NCBI RefSeq assembly: GCF_006345805.1 | Contig: NC_043012.1 | Span: forward strand, 35,092,001 to 35,156,000 | Length of the DNA stretch: 64,000 nucleotides | Direction of reading: 5' to 3' | From: Octopus sinensis | Lineage: Eukaryota | Part shown: positions 12,477 through 27,140 of the stretch, piece by piece | How the letters are laid out: each line of letters opens with the position of its first letter | Numbering within the stretch: the stretch's first letter is position 1 | The notes under the pieces: model-generated | Told to the model about the DNA's origin: nothing | What the model saw: only the letters and a program-made list of their open reading frames with translations | The model's database searches: none | Program-made: the position numbers and the translations under genes

Positions 12477-14509
12477 AATGTTCATATTCTGCACTATTCA
12501 TGCATCAGTTTCTCAAAAGATTCTTTATAGTATCTGTTAGAAGAATGAATTTTGTTATTAAACAACGCTCAACACTATTATTCATTGTAACAAAAGAATA
12601 TTCTTTACATAAAACTTGTGCATTCGCAAGCACAACTCAAATTTCCCGAAGGAACTAAAATTTTCTCTCGTAATCCAGTCATAATATATTCATTGTGGCT
12701 TTCTTTGGTTTTTCTTGACATTTCCTGGTAGACAGTATTACCTCAATTGTGATTCTTTCTTGGATTAGCATTCAATGCTGTCTTATTATTCTTCCAACTA
12801 TTGCAACTATTATTATATGATTAAATTGAACCCTGTACAATGGTTATAATTAAGTTCCCCCCAAAAACCGAGTCTGCGACGTAGATTCAATCAAATCTTG
12901 GCACAAGGCCTGCAGTTTTAGGGGCGATGGTAAGTCGATCTCGGTGGAATTTGAATTAATTGACCTTGTTACGAACGAATGCACTTAGGCAAATTAGACC
13001 GGCGATTTTAGATGAATCCTGATTTGTGTTATATATAAATAGTTATAAACTATAAATTTCCTTATAAAAATGGTTGCATTTTCAGTTACGAGTCTCCAAA
13101 TAGAGATGAAACTAATTATGATAATCCCAATTTTTCTCCTTACGAAGAGATTTGTTTGACTTGTCTACAATTCGTAGAGAGGCTATATATACACATATAT
13201 ATCACATTTTTTCAGGGTATAGATTAATTTCAACCACAGTAAATCTCTTTACTAAGTTTCAATAACAACGATTTCGACTGTTATTTGTATATAACTGGTA
13301 TAGTTACACATCATTGTTTTGTAGCTTAATAGCTTTATTAATTTATAAAGAGATATATAGTTAATATAATTGTAACAAACTTTACGTTCTAATTAATGGA
13401 CTACGAAATTCGTCAGACTTCACGAAGCCTTAATTAGCTATGATGCTTTACATCGCAATCAACTTGTGATATCTCCATTATAAGTGGAATCATTTTGTAC
13501 AAGAGTCATCTCTGATTCTACATTAATGTCTTCACTCTTAAGAGTCATCCAAATTACGAAGAAACAAAATGTAAAATGAATAATAGACAGAAAATACTTT
13601 AAATGTCTCCACAGTGAAATTGTGTATAAATTGCATTTTCAAGGCTTTAATGAATATTATTATGCTTCATTTCCACACAGATAACAATTTTATATCGATC
13701 ATATTTGTTATACTGTTTGGGTGTAATTATATATTGTTTGTGCGAGAGAAATTGAAATTGTTCTCGAACCTAATGCTTTTCTCGCGTTTTCTCTGTTTTT
13801 CTCACTAATCGTCGACTAACCAGTACATTCACTCTCTCATTCTCCCCCTCTTCTTTCTCTCTCTATCTCTCTCTCTCCTTCTCGCTCTTTGACTCCCAAC
13901 TATGTAGATTATCTGTCTCTCTTATCTCTCTCACTTCCCCAGCTTTCTCTCTCTCTCTATTTTGCTTTCTTCTGCATTACATATCTCCATATCTCTATAC
14001 GATATGCTGACCACAATTTCTAGCGTCGAATGTCACCTGTTCTACGAAAAACACTGATATCTGTGAGATTTATGATAAACAAAATTTTAAGTCTTCCCGT
14101 AAACAAAAAGCAAGTGTTGCTATTACGAACGACAAAATGTCGAGAGAGTTTGAATGTTATTGATATTGGAGTTTTTGTAGCAGCAGAAAAAGTGTGGTTA
14201 GCGCTTGCCGTACCACTGAGTTCTAATGTCTTTCGTCCGGCGACTGTTCATTACTTTTGTTGTTAGCTCGGATCAACTACTGTTCACTCTTTCTGTTGGC
14301 CGTCTCCGATGGTGTCTGCCAATGCTCTCTGCCAAATAGCTATGGTGCGCTGAATTTATAGTGATGAATAGGTTTAGAGAGACAAGCGCTGAAAAAACGG
14401 TATTGTTGCTGGGGCTAATTCTAGACGAAGTCGTGATTGTTTACATTTTTTAATCACGTGGGTAATATTCTAGTGAATCACAACAGCTGGTGAATATTCC
14501 CTCAGGCAT

Positions 14510-14732
14510 ACATACATATATACATATACATACATACATACATACATACATACATACATACATACATACATACATACATACAAACATACATACATAGCTT
14601 CTTTCCAAATATACTCACAAGGCTTTGGTCAACGTCCCAGAGCTATAGTAAAACGGTTGCCCAAGGTGCTACGTAGTGGGATTGAAACTATGTATGTATG
14701 TATGTATGTATGTATGTATGTATGTATGTATA
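14510..14732. repeat. (TACA)n - SINE fragment - (TGTA)n
   Basis: Inverted tetranucleotide arrays flank actcacaaggctttggtc...cccaaggtgctacgtagtgggattgaa. Confidence 0.8.
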
Positions 14733-14789
14733 AATGAGACTTATTGAGTCAAGCCAGGCCAATGCAAAAAGACAAAGTGAAAAAAAGAA

Positions 14790-15262
14790 AAGAAAACAAA
14801 ACAAAATTGTGGTTTCACCTTATATGTCTATATTTCGGGGCTATTACCCCTTCTTCAATATATGTGGAAAAGCGAGGGATGGGAAAGGTCGTTGCTCAGA
14901 GGTGTGGGGGGATGGCAGGTGATATGCATAGACTGGTGTTGCCAAAGTAACCAGTCTGCTTAATGTAGTTTTTTTCTGTTCTTTATGACTTGGCTCAGAT
15001 AGTTGTTAAGGAAGGCCACTGTAATTCTGAGATTGCCTCTGTTTTGTTGAGTGGCCCTGATGGGTACCTTGAAATTTTTTGGCTGAAGTACCTGTCGCAT
15101 ATGTTTTTTTTTATTCGAACGTGCATTTTCCTTGTGATGCTTCCAGTGTAGGATGCCCCGCCTTTACTGCAGACTACTTTGTATAGCACATAGACCCTCG
15201 AACACATCTTGAAGTCGTTAACAGAACAATTGGATAGTGTACAACTCTCGACGCAAAATGAA
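14790..15262 (-). mobile_element. Penelope-like 3' fragment (GIY-YIG remnant plus hammerhead-like tail)
   Basis: ORF 14995-15273(-) contains VYVLYKVVCSKGGASYTGSITRKMHVRIK, a GIY-YIG pattern. Downstream on the same strand: TTGAAGA-A-GGGG-taatag-CCCC-GAAA at 14833-14858. Confidence 0.7.
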
Positions 15263-15671
15263 AAAAAAAACAAGAAACTTCCATGTCCAGTTAACTATAA
15301 AATACAATTCTATCTTTACGGTCAGATTGTTAGAACGAAAAATGAAAAAATACAGAATGAAATGAAAGACAATAATATGATAAACTGAAAAAGACATAAA
15401 TACTGGTCATTCTCGTGCTTGGCGACTGTATACTTGAAAGGGGTCTTGAGTACCCCATCCAACACCAGAGTCTGTCACTATAGAAAGTTAATTTATGATT
15501 GTTTAGCTATTTCATACTTTTTAAAAACCATTTAGAAAATAAGTTAGTAGGTAAGCTCTCCTCCACATACATATATACATACATATTCTTTCATATACCC
15601 TCATACAAACTGCTTTCATATATATACTCTTTCTCTCTCTCTCTCTCTCTCACGCACACACACACATACAT

Positions 15672-15740
<69 letters not shown>

Positions 15741-15914
15741 CGGTGACTGCCCCCTCGTTATCGAGTATGGCCATTGCACGAAGCTTAATCAATGTTGTTA
15801 TCGTGCAATGCCTGTGCAAGAAGATTTTTTTAAAGTGAGGAAAGGCTGTGCACTGAGTCAATCCCACTCACTAAGCAACAGCAGTCATAATCCGAAAAGA
15901 AGAACAAGTCAACA

Positions 15915-16293
15915 TCATCGGTAACCACTGAGCCGCAAGTTTTATGTCGGAGTTATCCCAGTTACCTGAGTTACCTTCTCCTAGAAGGATGCCCTAACAA
16001 AGGCTAGGAGTCCTTCACTCCCAATGGTTTAACCGCGCGATCGGGTATTCAGTCCGATTATTTCTATGTCCCCGCGAATGATACAGCCTTAAGAAATTTA
16101 TTGGATGGCCGTTCACTCTCAAGAGCTCCTCTGCCTTTTGACGGGTTTTGTTTTTCATCCCGCAGGGTGTCCAATAAACACCCTCCTCACCAAGCAAGCT
16201 TGGTGGGGTTGCCGGTTTAGTCACCAACGACCCGACCTTGCAACAGGTTGTACTGGGTTACATGTTACTAGTAGCACTCGAAAGTGACCTGAC
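15915..16293 (-). mobile_element. Probable 5' UTR/leader fragment of an RTE-type LINE
   Basis: GC-richer block with ggcaacccc...ggtgaggagggtgtttatt, resembling recalled RTE leaders. No RT sequence is attached. Confidence 0.35.
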
Positions 16294-16624
16294 ATATTTA
16301 TATATGCACACATACATACTACTTACATTCTAACTATTTTTACTATGTATATAAATATTAATATTTGATGCGTTCTTAGCCTATGAGCAACAGTAAATCA
16401 CGACAATGTTTATTGACCGGAATTTACATAGGTTTAGTTTTATATTACTGTATTTATCTATTCACACACATCCACAGCTAATAATGTATGTTATCCTTAT
16501 TGTAGATATATAAGCATTTTCCCCTGTCATCCGATATTAATACACATGGATACTTGGCAACAAGTACTTCTACATACAAAATTTCACCACAGGGATACAT
16601 ATAAATGCATACATATATCAGGTC

Positions 16625-16785
16625 ATCCCATAAGTGGGCTTCTTCCAGTTTTCATCTACCAAATCCACTCACAAGGTTTTGGTCGGTTTGAGGCTATAGT
16701 AGAAGACACTGGTCCAAGTTTCCACGCAGTGGGACTGAATCTGGAACCATGTAGTTGGGAAGGAAGCATCTTACCACACTGCGCC
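16625..16785 (-). mobile_element. Second SINE family (tRNA head plus central domain)
   Basis: gggcttcttccagttttcatctaccaaatccactcacaagg...gtgggactgaatctggaaccatgtagttggg; related copies at ~20397-20550 and ~53826-53975. Confidence 0.8.
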
Positions 16786-17960
16786 TATAGAGAACCGTTT
16801 TTCTTTTAGAAATATATTGAAAACACGACTATTTTCTACTTTCGTTTTTCAAAATTACAATTCTATGTTGATATTTTAGCACGTGTTCTTGGTATTTTGT
16901 TAGGAACAGCAAAGTTACCAAAACCGACATCAACGTTACTAGAATTTTCTAGTTGTATTTTCTGGATGTAACAAGTTATTGATAACCAATGAAATTTACA
17001 AATTCGATTGCAAAGATGTAAAGAGTGAAAGTTATAATAATGGAAGCAATACTCATAACACACAACAATGCTGAAATAAATAGCGACAACATATATCAGT
17101 CACAAACGAAAATAAATATCCGATCGATAATGAATATATCTGTCGGTCAAGAATGTAGTGTCTACACCAATTACATTTACGTTGTCTACTAATAAAGAGG
17201 AAGCAACATGTGGCAGCATCGCGTCATCCAGAAAATGAGATCACGAAGGCTTAGAAATATTGATGGTGGATTTGGGAACTATACTCTCTGCAAGAGGTTT
17301 GAAAAAATTGATAAAAACAGATAAAACTAGAAGACAGTCGAATTCTGAACACAACAGAGAATGGACACACACATATATGTGTGCATGTATATATATATAG
17401 GTGTTATTCAAATTCTTTTACTTCCGACACATGTTTCGAAGATATCACTGGTATTATTCCAAAGGAATAAAATGGTGTGAAACAATGTAATCTTCTCCTC
17501 GGGGAAATAAAGAAATGAAACTCGTCAATAAGACATTTTAATAGAATATGATGGATATGTATAGCGATTAACTGAACGCTATTAAGTTTGTTTTAAAAAC
17601 AAACGTTAGAGGATATGACGTCAAAGGTAGCCTATAGAAAGAGGGGCGGTAAAAGAAAGAAAAAACAAATAAATGAGATGTATATAACGATATGTAAATT
17701 AAATAAAACCCTAAAGTCTTGGAAAAAGATATATCTAGTGAATGTGAAATATAAGAAGAAAATTAATGTGTAAATTATATATATTGAATGATATCACTTA
17801 TACGAACTAAAGGAGAGAAAAAATGTGTGTAGTGGCTAACGATCGCACACACATATGTGTGTATATATGTATGTATATATGTATGCATGTATGTATGTAT
17901 GTATGTATGTATGTATTTATGTATGTATGTATGTATGTATGTATATGTTTGTGTGTATAC

Positions 17961-18010
<50 letters not shown>

Positions 18011-18064
18011 ATGCGTTTAAGTGTGTTAGTATGCTTGAGTGTGTATGTATTATACTTACATTGA

Positions 18065-18391
<327 letters not shown>

Positions 18392-18644
18392 TAAACTTCT
18401 TAGTCACATCCTTTTTATTAATTGAGTCATGCTGAATGTTATACAATGGGAATGTGTATGCATATATAATTGTATGCCACTGTTGTAATTTAGTCCCATA
18501 TCCGTCTTGCACGAGCCGACCTATGAGCAAAATTGTCCTAGCTTTGACCATTTCAAAACTTGCATTTTTCAATGAGTTCTTTTAAAAAAGACAAACCACA
18601 TTGAGCGTTAACCTTTAGTGACGGAAGCAGTATGTGTACCAAAA

Positions 18645-19324
18645 GGTTAGCTTTATATTCATTTTAACATAGGTGTCTTGTTAGAACATCGATTACTGCG
18701 ATCCTAGCTTCGAGAGATACTCTGCTTGGTGCAAATAAGAACATGCATGGATTTAGCTGAGGAGAATCGTCTGTGATGGGCGCTGAAACTTCCATATCAC
18801 GTGATATCAGTCTACTGGACATCATCAGTGGATGTCAAATCTTTCCAGTCAAATCTCGCTGATACGATATATAGCAAGCTTATTAAAAATTGCTTCTTAG
18901 CGATGGAAACAGTTTTAGTGCCAAAAGGTAATCTTTATATCCAACTTAACGTGAATGTCTTGTTGGAACATCGAATAATACATTATTAGCCTTGAAAAGA
19001 TTAAAACTGTTTCCATCGCTAATAAGCCATTTTTAATAAGCCTGCTGGCTATTTGAGTCATCATTGTCTTAAAAAGATGCTGATATTCTATATATCGTAT
19101 CAGCGAGATTTGACTGGAAAGCAGCGACAGAATGTCTCCCACTGATGATGTCCAGTAGACTGATATCACGTGACATGGTAGTTTCAGCGCCCATCACAGA
19201 CGATTCTCCTCTTCTACGATTTTGTGTGTACTTTTATGCACTAAGCGCCTATTTGATCGGATCTCTCAATGCAGAATTCGATGTTCTAACAAGACATCCA
19301 CATTAAGTTGGATATAAGATTACC
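18645..19324. mobile_element. Fold-back MITE-like element in intron 2
   Basis: About 50-bp imperfect TIRs (gtcttgttagaacatcga / tcgatgttctaacaagac). Long inner inverted repeat ~18761-18917 vs ~19002-19210. An extra TIR copy lies at ~18926-18975. Confidence 0.8.
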
Positions 19325-19442
19325 ATACATTGAATGTTGCTATTTCTCGTAGGGCAATGAATTGCGCAGAAGATCCGGCATTGGATTATATGTCATTAAT
19401 ATTCCTGTGTATCATTTCATATTTATTTTTTTTCTCTTATAA

Positions 19443-19691
<249 letters not shown>

Positions 19692-20199
19692 TGAACATTT
19701 ATTTGTCTGATAGTTATTTAACTCCAGATCAGTTCTGATCAAGTATGATTCGGTCATAACTATCTCGCCTTTATTTCATTCGTTATGTATCTAAAAATAC
19801 ATTATCTAATGGTTCATCTATTTAAAAACGGTTGGGTATGGTTTATTCTTGACCTCAAGAGTTATTCTTTGAAAGCCTAGAACTTATTCCAGCGTTGAAA
19901 TTTATAGAAAAACAGACGAAGACAGGTGTATGAACAACAAGTGTATTAATTTGACGCTCGGGAAAAATGTAAAAGTCTTTCACGTTTCGAGCCTACGCTC
20001 TTCAACAAAAAGGAATAAGAGAATGAAAGAGAGAGAATGAAAAACTTGTAGATTTCAACGGGCCAACATGGCGATCTATCGGTCTCTTTTCGAAACGTGA
20101 AAATTTTAAAATTTGGTGTATTGATGTAATTTTCCACCATGAACCTCGGGGGGATACTTTTACTTGTTTCAGTCATTTGATTTCGCTCATGCTGGAGCA

Positions 20200-20550
20200 C
20201 CGCCTTAAATTGATTTTTTGTCGAAGAAATCGACCCCAGGACTTACGCTTTGTAAGCTTAGTACTCATTTTATTGGCTCCTTTCACTGAACCGCTAAGTT
20301 ACGGGGACGTAAACACACCAACATCAGTTGTCAAGCAATGATTGGGAGACAAACACAGACACAAAGACACACATATAAATATAGACATATATATACGACG
20401 GGCTTCTTTAAGTTTCCGTCTATCAAATCCACTCACAAGGCTTTGATTGGTTTGAGGCTATAGAAGAAGACACTTGCCCAAGGTGCTACGCAGTGGGACT
20501 GAACCCGGAACCATGTGGTTGGGAAGCAAGCTTCTTACCACACAACCACG
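20200..20550. mobile_element. Composite SINE cluster
   Basis: aatcgaccccaggacttac...gaaccgctaagttacggggacgtaaacacacc (also near 63490-63620 and 63870-64000), followed by a second-family SINE. Confidence 0.7.
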
Positions 20551-21789
20551 CTTCAAGAAGATTTGGCAGATACTTCTTGCTTGTTGAGTTGACTGGTTTT
20601 GTATATACGTGTGAAGTATGCTTCGTTGAGATGTTTGGCACAAATGAAACAGGACTGTAATATGTACACTTGAGTCAGAGCCTACTCTCATACGATAATT
20701 GAGATTTAGTGCAGCGAGTTACAAGTTAATGAAACGTGTTAATTATACAACGATTCCGGTGATGCTTAATCACAAGTGAAGATATTGAAGAAGCCTGTAT
20801 TAAATGACTTGAGCAGTGATGACGAACCTATGGTTTCTTGTCAGTAGTATCATGTAATGGGCTTTGAAAAACAAAAATCCTCCTGCAACATCATGTTAGA
20901 AAATACTTATCTATAAACATTTGCTTATGATTTATGTTATATAATTTTGTCTTCATTAAGCTACTAAAGAATAACTAATTAGAATTGATCTTTCGAAATC
21001 GCATCTCTCTACATTGTTATTACGTTATATCTACTACATAGTTTACTGAATGGCAGAAACGGTAAGATGCAAGATTATGTGAGTTGATATAGTTAGATAC
21101 ATCTGTTTGCGGGCTGTTCTCAGACAGGACCTGTGTTGATTTTTGCTTTTCATCTTTTCACAATTGACAATTGTCAGAAATAAATACTTGTGATAAAGTA
21201 GCTTCGATTAAAGCTGCTAAATGGCAATTGACCTTGGAATGAATATTGATTGTATGTTGACTAAAGAATCGATAACTGATCGTCTGTTTCACTAATTTTA
21301 ACAAAGGATGTAATGGCAATAATCTAGGAAAGGTTGTCATTATCATTGTTCAGCCTAACGCCAGTCGTGAATGAGTAAAACTATTTTTGGCTCAGAGATA
21401 TTGCAACCGCGATCATCTTGTCTTTTTTTTACTTCTGAATTACATTATTCAATGTGTTCATTCCTTAAGGCTATAAGAGTGATTTGAGAGAAATTTGGTT
21501 ACTATTTCTAACAGATCGATCGACCATGTAAACTTAATTATCTTGGTTTTAGAAAGGGTTGCTGTTGTTGTTATGTGACACGTTAGTCCTATTCAAGCAA
21601 ACACGAAGGTATAAAAGATATTTTAAGTGTCGAATTCCCAGTCTCATGTTGCCGAATTCTACCAATGACACTGCTTGCTTGATAACTTTCATCAAATATC
21701 AATAGAACGAGAATCACGTTAGTATTTCAGTTTCCTTACAGAGTAACAGCATCATAGTGTACTCACCTCATAAAATATATTATTTTATT

Positions 21790-22197
21790 ACCCACAAGGG
21801 GCTAAACATAGAGGGGGACAAACAAGGACAGAAAAAGGGATTAAGTCGATTACATCGACTCCAGTGCGTCACTGGTACTTAATTTATCGACCCCGAAAGG
21901 ATGAAAGGTAAAGTCGACCTCGGCAGAATTTGAACTCAGAACGTAGCGACAGACGAAATACCTCTTTCTTTACTACCCACAAAGGGCTAAACACAGTGAG
22001 GACAAACAAGGACAGACAAAGGGATTAAGTCGATTACATCGGCCCCAGTGCGTCACTGGTACTTAATTTATCGTCTCTGAAAGGATGAAAGGCAAAGTCG
22101 ACCTCGGCGAAATTTGAACTCAGAACGTTGCGACAGACGAAATACTGCTAAGCATTCCGCCCGGCGTGCTAACGTTTCTGCCAGCTCGCCGCCTTAC
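21790..22197 (-). mobile_element. Tandem pair of main tRNA-derived SINE (intron 3)
   Basis: Two near-consensus bodies with head ctgccagctcgccgcc near 22190. Confidence 0.9.
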
Positions 22198-22590
22198 CTC
22201 ATAAAATAGTTAATTTCAAAGAGGATGCGAAGTAGTTTGATCAGCCGAAGCAAATACATCTTTTGATTACGACCAGCAATCGCTGTGCTGGTTGTAAGTT
22301 TAGTGAATTATCTCAAGCGCCAGTTGAAGCTGCGTGTCAGATCCTGCTTACTAAGAATATATTTAGCTCTGTATAGCGTGGCAAATGAATAAGAACTCCA
22401 CATAATACGTAACGTTGAAAGCTTCGACTTCATGTAATGGAGAAAAGAAGTCAGCCTGGGCGAAGTTCATTCTTCCCCGCGGATAATGCTGTTCTTTTTG
22501 TTGTTATTACTTTGCCCCAGGTTGATTCTGGTCGAGTAAACCTATTTTCAATGATGCCCCAGCTGCTATTTCCATCCTGTCCTTTTTCTT

Positions 22591-22977
22591 ATATGGAAAC
22601 ACTCCGTCGGTTACGACGACGAGGGTTCCGGTTGATCCGAATCAGTGGAACAGCCTGCTCGTGAAATTAACGTGTAAGTGGCTGAGCACTCCACAGACAC
22701 GTGTACCCTTAACGTAGTTCTCGGGGATATTCAGCGTGACACAGAGAGTGACAAGGCCGGCCCTTTGAAATACAGGTACAACAGAAACAGGAAGTAAGAG
22801 TGAGAGAAAGTTGTGGTGAAAGAGTACAGCAGGGATCACCACCATTCCCTGCCGGAGCCTCGTGGAGCTTTAGGTGTTTTCGCTCAATAAACACTCACAA
22901 CGCCCGGTCTGGGAATCGAAACCGCGATCCTATGACCGCGAGTCCGCTGCCCTAACCACTGGGCCATTGCGCCTCCA
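22591..22977 (-). mobile_element. Full-length tRNA(Arg)-like-headed SINE
   Basis: Minus strand starts tggaggcgcaatggcccagtggttagggcagcggactcgcggtcataggatcgcggtttcgattccc: A box, B box and TCG anticodon-like loop. Confidence 0.85.
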
Positions 22978-23465
22978 TTGCGTTTTTTATATATAGCTAG
23001 TATAGAACCACACCTCTAGCGTGTTTATTCTTTTAAGAAGGGATTGTATGATTTTCAGGAGGTTTGGCTGTTATTTCTAACTGTTGCGTGACCATATAAA
23101 TGCTTTCTTTGTTGGTTCGTACTAGGTTGTGGTTGCTGTTGTTATTAATTAGCCTCCCTTGCAATCCAGCCGTGACTATCCATCTTCTTCTAGTATCTCA
23201 GACTTACATTATCTAATGTGCCCTCCCTTTCTTTGCGCGACTGTGTTGACTGCAGTTGGAAATCGCAGGGGAGACTAACGCCAGCCCCACGGGACCCCCA
23301 CTGCAGACAAATACATCATCAATAAATGAAACATTGCAATCAGAATTGAATAATCGGATCAATATCTATCGATATTTCACTATATCACCTTTATTTTTTT
23401 TTATTTCTTTTTCAGCCTTTCATTTAATTTTCTTTATTGCTTCTTTCATCCCTCGATCTTTCTTC

Positions 23466-23532
<67 letters not shown>

Positions 23533-23944
23533 AAACGAAATCTTACTGGAAAATTTTATATCACGATTGAAGGAAGTCGTCTAAAATGACAGCGTTGTAT
23601 AGAAAGTGAAACAGACGGAATATCTTTGCGGAGGTCTTATCATGCAAATCAAGCCGTTACAATACGTAAAATATAAATGTGCAATGAAGCATAAAGTTTG
23701 TCGTGTCTTGAGATTAATCTACGGACACAAAAAGAAAAATGATGAACAAAAACAACAGTATTCTTTTCAATGGTAATACATAATAATGCATTGAGTATTA
23801 ACGTGTCCGTGTGTGGTGTGTATATGTAAAACAAATTATGTCATTTGGTACGATGGGATATTTTTAGTGGATTATACATAAATGCATTTGTCAGCAAGTA
23901 TGCATGAAGTATCTATTTTGTAATATATATTTCCATTTACAAAT

Positions 23945-23990
<46 letters not shown>

Positions 23991-26261
23991 GCTTTTCTCA
24001 CATAGACATGTACACGAAAACATACACACATCTGAAGAGTTATTTAGCTTTAATGTAAAATAATCTGGACAAAAAGCACAAAGAATATAAATGCTTATAG
24101 TTAGCTGCGTAGATACATTTGCCTCCAAATCTACAGATGTCAATGAATTTACATACATACACACATGCATACATGCATATAGATATCTGCATACTCACAC
24201 ACACAGTGTGTGCGCGCGCGCGCGTGCGTGTGTGTGTGTGTGTGTGTGTGTGTATACACAAGTATACAATTATATTATGGTGGACAGAAACTCTCTCTGG
24301 GGTGAGCGGACAGCAAGAAAACTCTTCAGAGGAAAAACTCCCGTCAGACAAGTATTTCTGACCTTTAGTTGTCGACATTCTAAGGGGGCCGGGTACACAT
24401 TGGTAGTGACTCTTTGGTGTCCTTTCGCTGTTATTTAAATGCCACCTTTAGTGGGAATTGAACTTGGAACCTTTGGGTACGCTTATTGTTCAGCCACATA
24501 GACCAGTGCATGATCTTGCACTGTTTCAAACCGGATTTTGTTCTTTCAACGTTTTTTTGTCTATAGTTAGCTACTAAGAAAAACGATTGGTCCTTCTTTA
24601 ATTTTAATTAATTAGAATATCTCGGTTCACTACTTTATGTCAGCATTCACTTTATATATCGACCATATACGTGTTAAAGTACAGATACAGCTGTTTACTT
24701 GTATGTCGAAGTTTCCAGAAGACCAAACGTAACTTTATTTACACAGCAGTTACAGCAATGCTACCACAGGGCATAAACCCTACATCTTAGAATTGCGAGG
24801 AAGGAGGGGGAAGTCTACCTTGTCTCTATTTTGAAGAAAGAGGAAATACATAAAAGTATCGTTGATTAGGTTCCGAATTACTAAATGACAAGTGAGAAAA
24901 TGTCCGAATTATTTTCTAGTTCACGGAATCAAATTAATTCCAGTTTAAATATTCTGATACTTTTAATTTCCTGTTTTACGATATATTGTTTGAAAAGTTG
25001 AATTTCGTGCTGCTGGCATTAATACCATTCCTGGGATTGATGGCTGGAGTTGGAGAAGTCTGGAAATTTCAGTTATTAGGTAACTAGCTAATTATTCGGT
25101 AGACTGTGGAATAAACAAGGAAACAGAGAGGAGGAGGAGGGGAGAGGAGGAGGAGGAGAGAGTGTGAGCAGAAGAATCGAGATGTTTTTTTCAACTGTTA
25201 AGTCCATTACATCGTAACACTTGCCTGTAGAAGAACTGGAAAAAAAATAAAATTTGAGGAAAAGGATAATTGACTCAGCGTAACTGCTTAAATGTTTTCA
25301 AAAATTCTAGTATTAAAATAGGAAGTTATTATACGGACATCATTGTTTTCGACCGTTTAATCATTGGACATTTGGAATGGACCAAAATTCTATTTAGATC
25401 GAAGAACCATTTATCTCTCAACCACATTCTCACACGACTTCATTCTCAAGCATCACTTGACTCAGATAACTTTTAATAATTCAACACCACCAATCGCAGA
25501 AAAGGGGCTGAAAACAGAAATGGCAATCGTAATATATGCAATGCGAGATCATTTGATGGATAGCGAATAAATTGGTAAATCGACACGTGGGGTGTTGAGA
25601 AATCTTTCGTGGAATTTATTACTCAACTAACATTAGTTATGCAAACCACATTGAATGAGTCAGTGAATTAAATTCTTTATTAAATTACAATGGTTGCATC
25701 AATATTGATAAATTAGATTACCTAACATAATAAAACACGCTTGAATGCAATAGAACTATTCACCATTGCTTCCTCCAGTGATTTCCCCATCCTTAATTGC
25801 GTAAATATTATAGAGATAATGCTCCATTAGAGAGAGCTTGAAATTCCAATTTTGTTGCTTGAATATGAAAACTTTCATAGATGAACGACATTGCATCTAA
25901 TCACTCAGTAGGTTTCGATCGATCGACACATTACTCTTTTGATCTACATTAAGAAGAACTCTATAGATGCTTACAATACAGTCACTGACGCTGCTGAAAG
26001 CAGTTTATTGAGTTATGAACTATTTTCCTTTAGGGGAGAGCATAACACTGCACTTCAGTTATAACGGTCTACAAAATGTGTGTATTGTGCCACAATGTTG
26101 TCTTTCATATTTCATTGGATTGTTATGTTACAACTGCTGAAGACTTCGTTTTTATTTTGTGTAACATATTAACGTAAATAAACTTCCAGATGCATGCTCA
26201 TCCCCAGTTAAAGAATTGGGATCAGCAATCTATCAAAACACTCTTGTATAATACATAATAA

Positions 26262-26662
26262 ATAAATAATGAAATTATTATATACAGTGCTTAGGTGCAC
26301 CACAACTTGTCAAAAGTGCATATAAAGCATATGCAGTAATGTACAAATGTCTGGAAAGCGAACAGTGTATGAGTCAGATACATGCTTGCCTGTGTATGGA
26401 GGGGGGAAAGTCAGGTGTAGTGTTGGCGAATCTCAGGAAGCATGGAAGTTTTGAAGGATGCAGTGCTCCGACAACTAACAACTGATTCAGGCAGTTTGTT
26501 CCATGTTTCAGCAACTCTCAGCGTGAAAAAATGTTTCCGAAAGTCATGGGAGCTATGCTACTTTCTGACTTAGTAAACATGTCCACGGGTGCTAGACGGG
26601 TGGAGTTTGAAAAGGTGCTCAGAGTTATTGTTTGTAAGATGTTGGCCTTTAAGCTTATAATA
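26262..26662 (-). mobile_element. CR1-clade LINE 3' fragment
   Basis: Minus translation LHPSSTRGHVY*VRK*HSSHDFRKHFFTLRVAETWNKLPESVV, the typical CR1 ORF2 C-terminus. Confidence 0.85.
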
Positions 26663-26783
26663 AGAAATGCTCCTATTCATTGTACATATTTAGAGTTAGA
26701 TCATCCTTATGAGCATCGTCTTTACAAGCTTAACAAGCTACGCACTTAGTGTACAGGGATGTGTTGTTACTAAAAATACCGTT

Positions 26784-27140
26784 ATCATCATCATCATCAT
26801 CATCATCATCAACATTTAACGTCCGTTGTCCATGCTGGCATGGGTTGGACAGTTTGACCAGGGATGGTAAGCTGGAAGGCTACACCAGACTGCAGTCTTT
26901 GACATTGTTTTCTACGACTGGATGCCCTTCCTAATGCCAACCTCTCCGAGAGTATAGTGGGTGCTTTTATGTGCCACCAGCACAGGTGCCATTTGCGTAT
27001 CTGCCACGACTGCAATTTTGCTCGGTTTCATGGGTTTCCTTCTCAAACACAACATAATGTCAGAAGTTTCGGTCTTTGCTTCTACGAGGCCCAACGCTCG
27101 AAAGGAACTCAGCCACTTTGCCTTCGGGGGGCCCAATGCT
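26784..27140 (-). mobile_element. SINE/LINE 3' end with (GAT)n tail (RTE-type tail)
   Basis: Minus strand ggcattaggaagggcatccagtcgtagaaa...ccatgccagcatggacaacggacgttaaatgttgatgatgatg. Confidence 0.65.

Noticed and set aside
15915-16293. HDV-like ribozyme at the putative RTE leader
   Set aside because: Could not assemble P1/P2/P3 pairings by hand.
19138-19200. CTGATGA in the intron-2 MITE (also 27665 and ~49765) as a hammerhead
   Set aside because: No correctly placed GAAA, stem II or stem I.
22900-22977. tRNA-Arg gene
   Set aside because: The tRNA-like head continues into a SINE body and lacks a proper acceptor stem and terminator.
23236-23312. GC-rich island resembling the U1 snRNA 3' end or a ribozyme
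   Set aside because: Similarity limited to a few short words; no upstream U1 sequence and no consistent fold.
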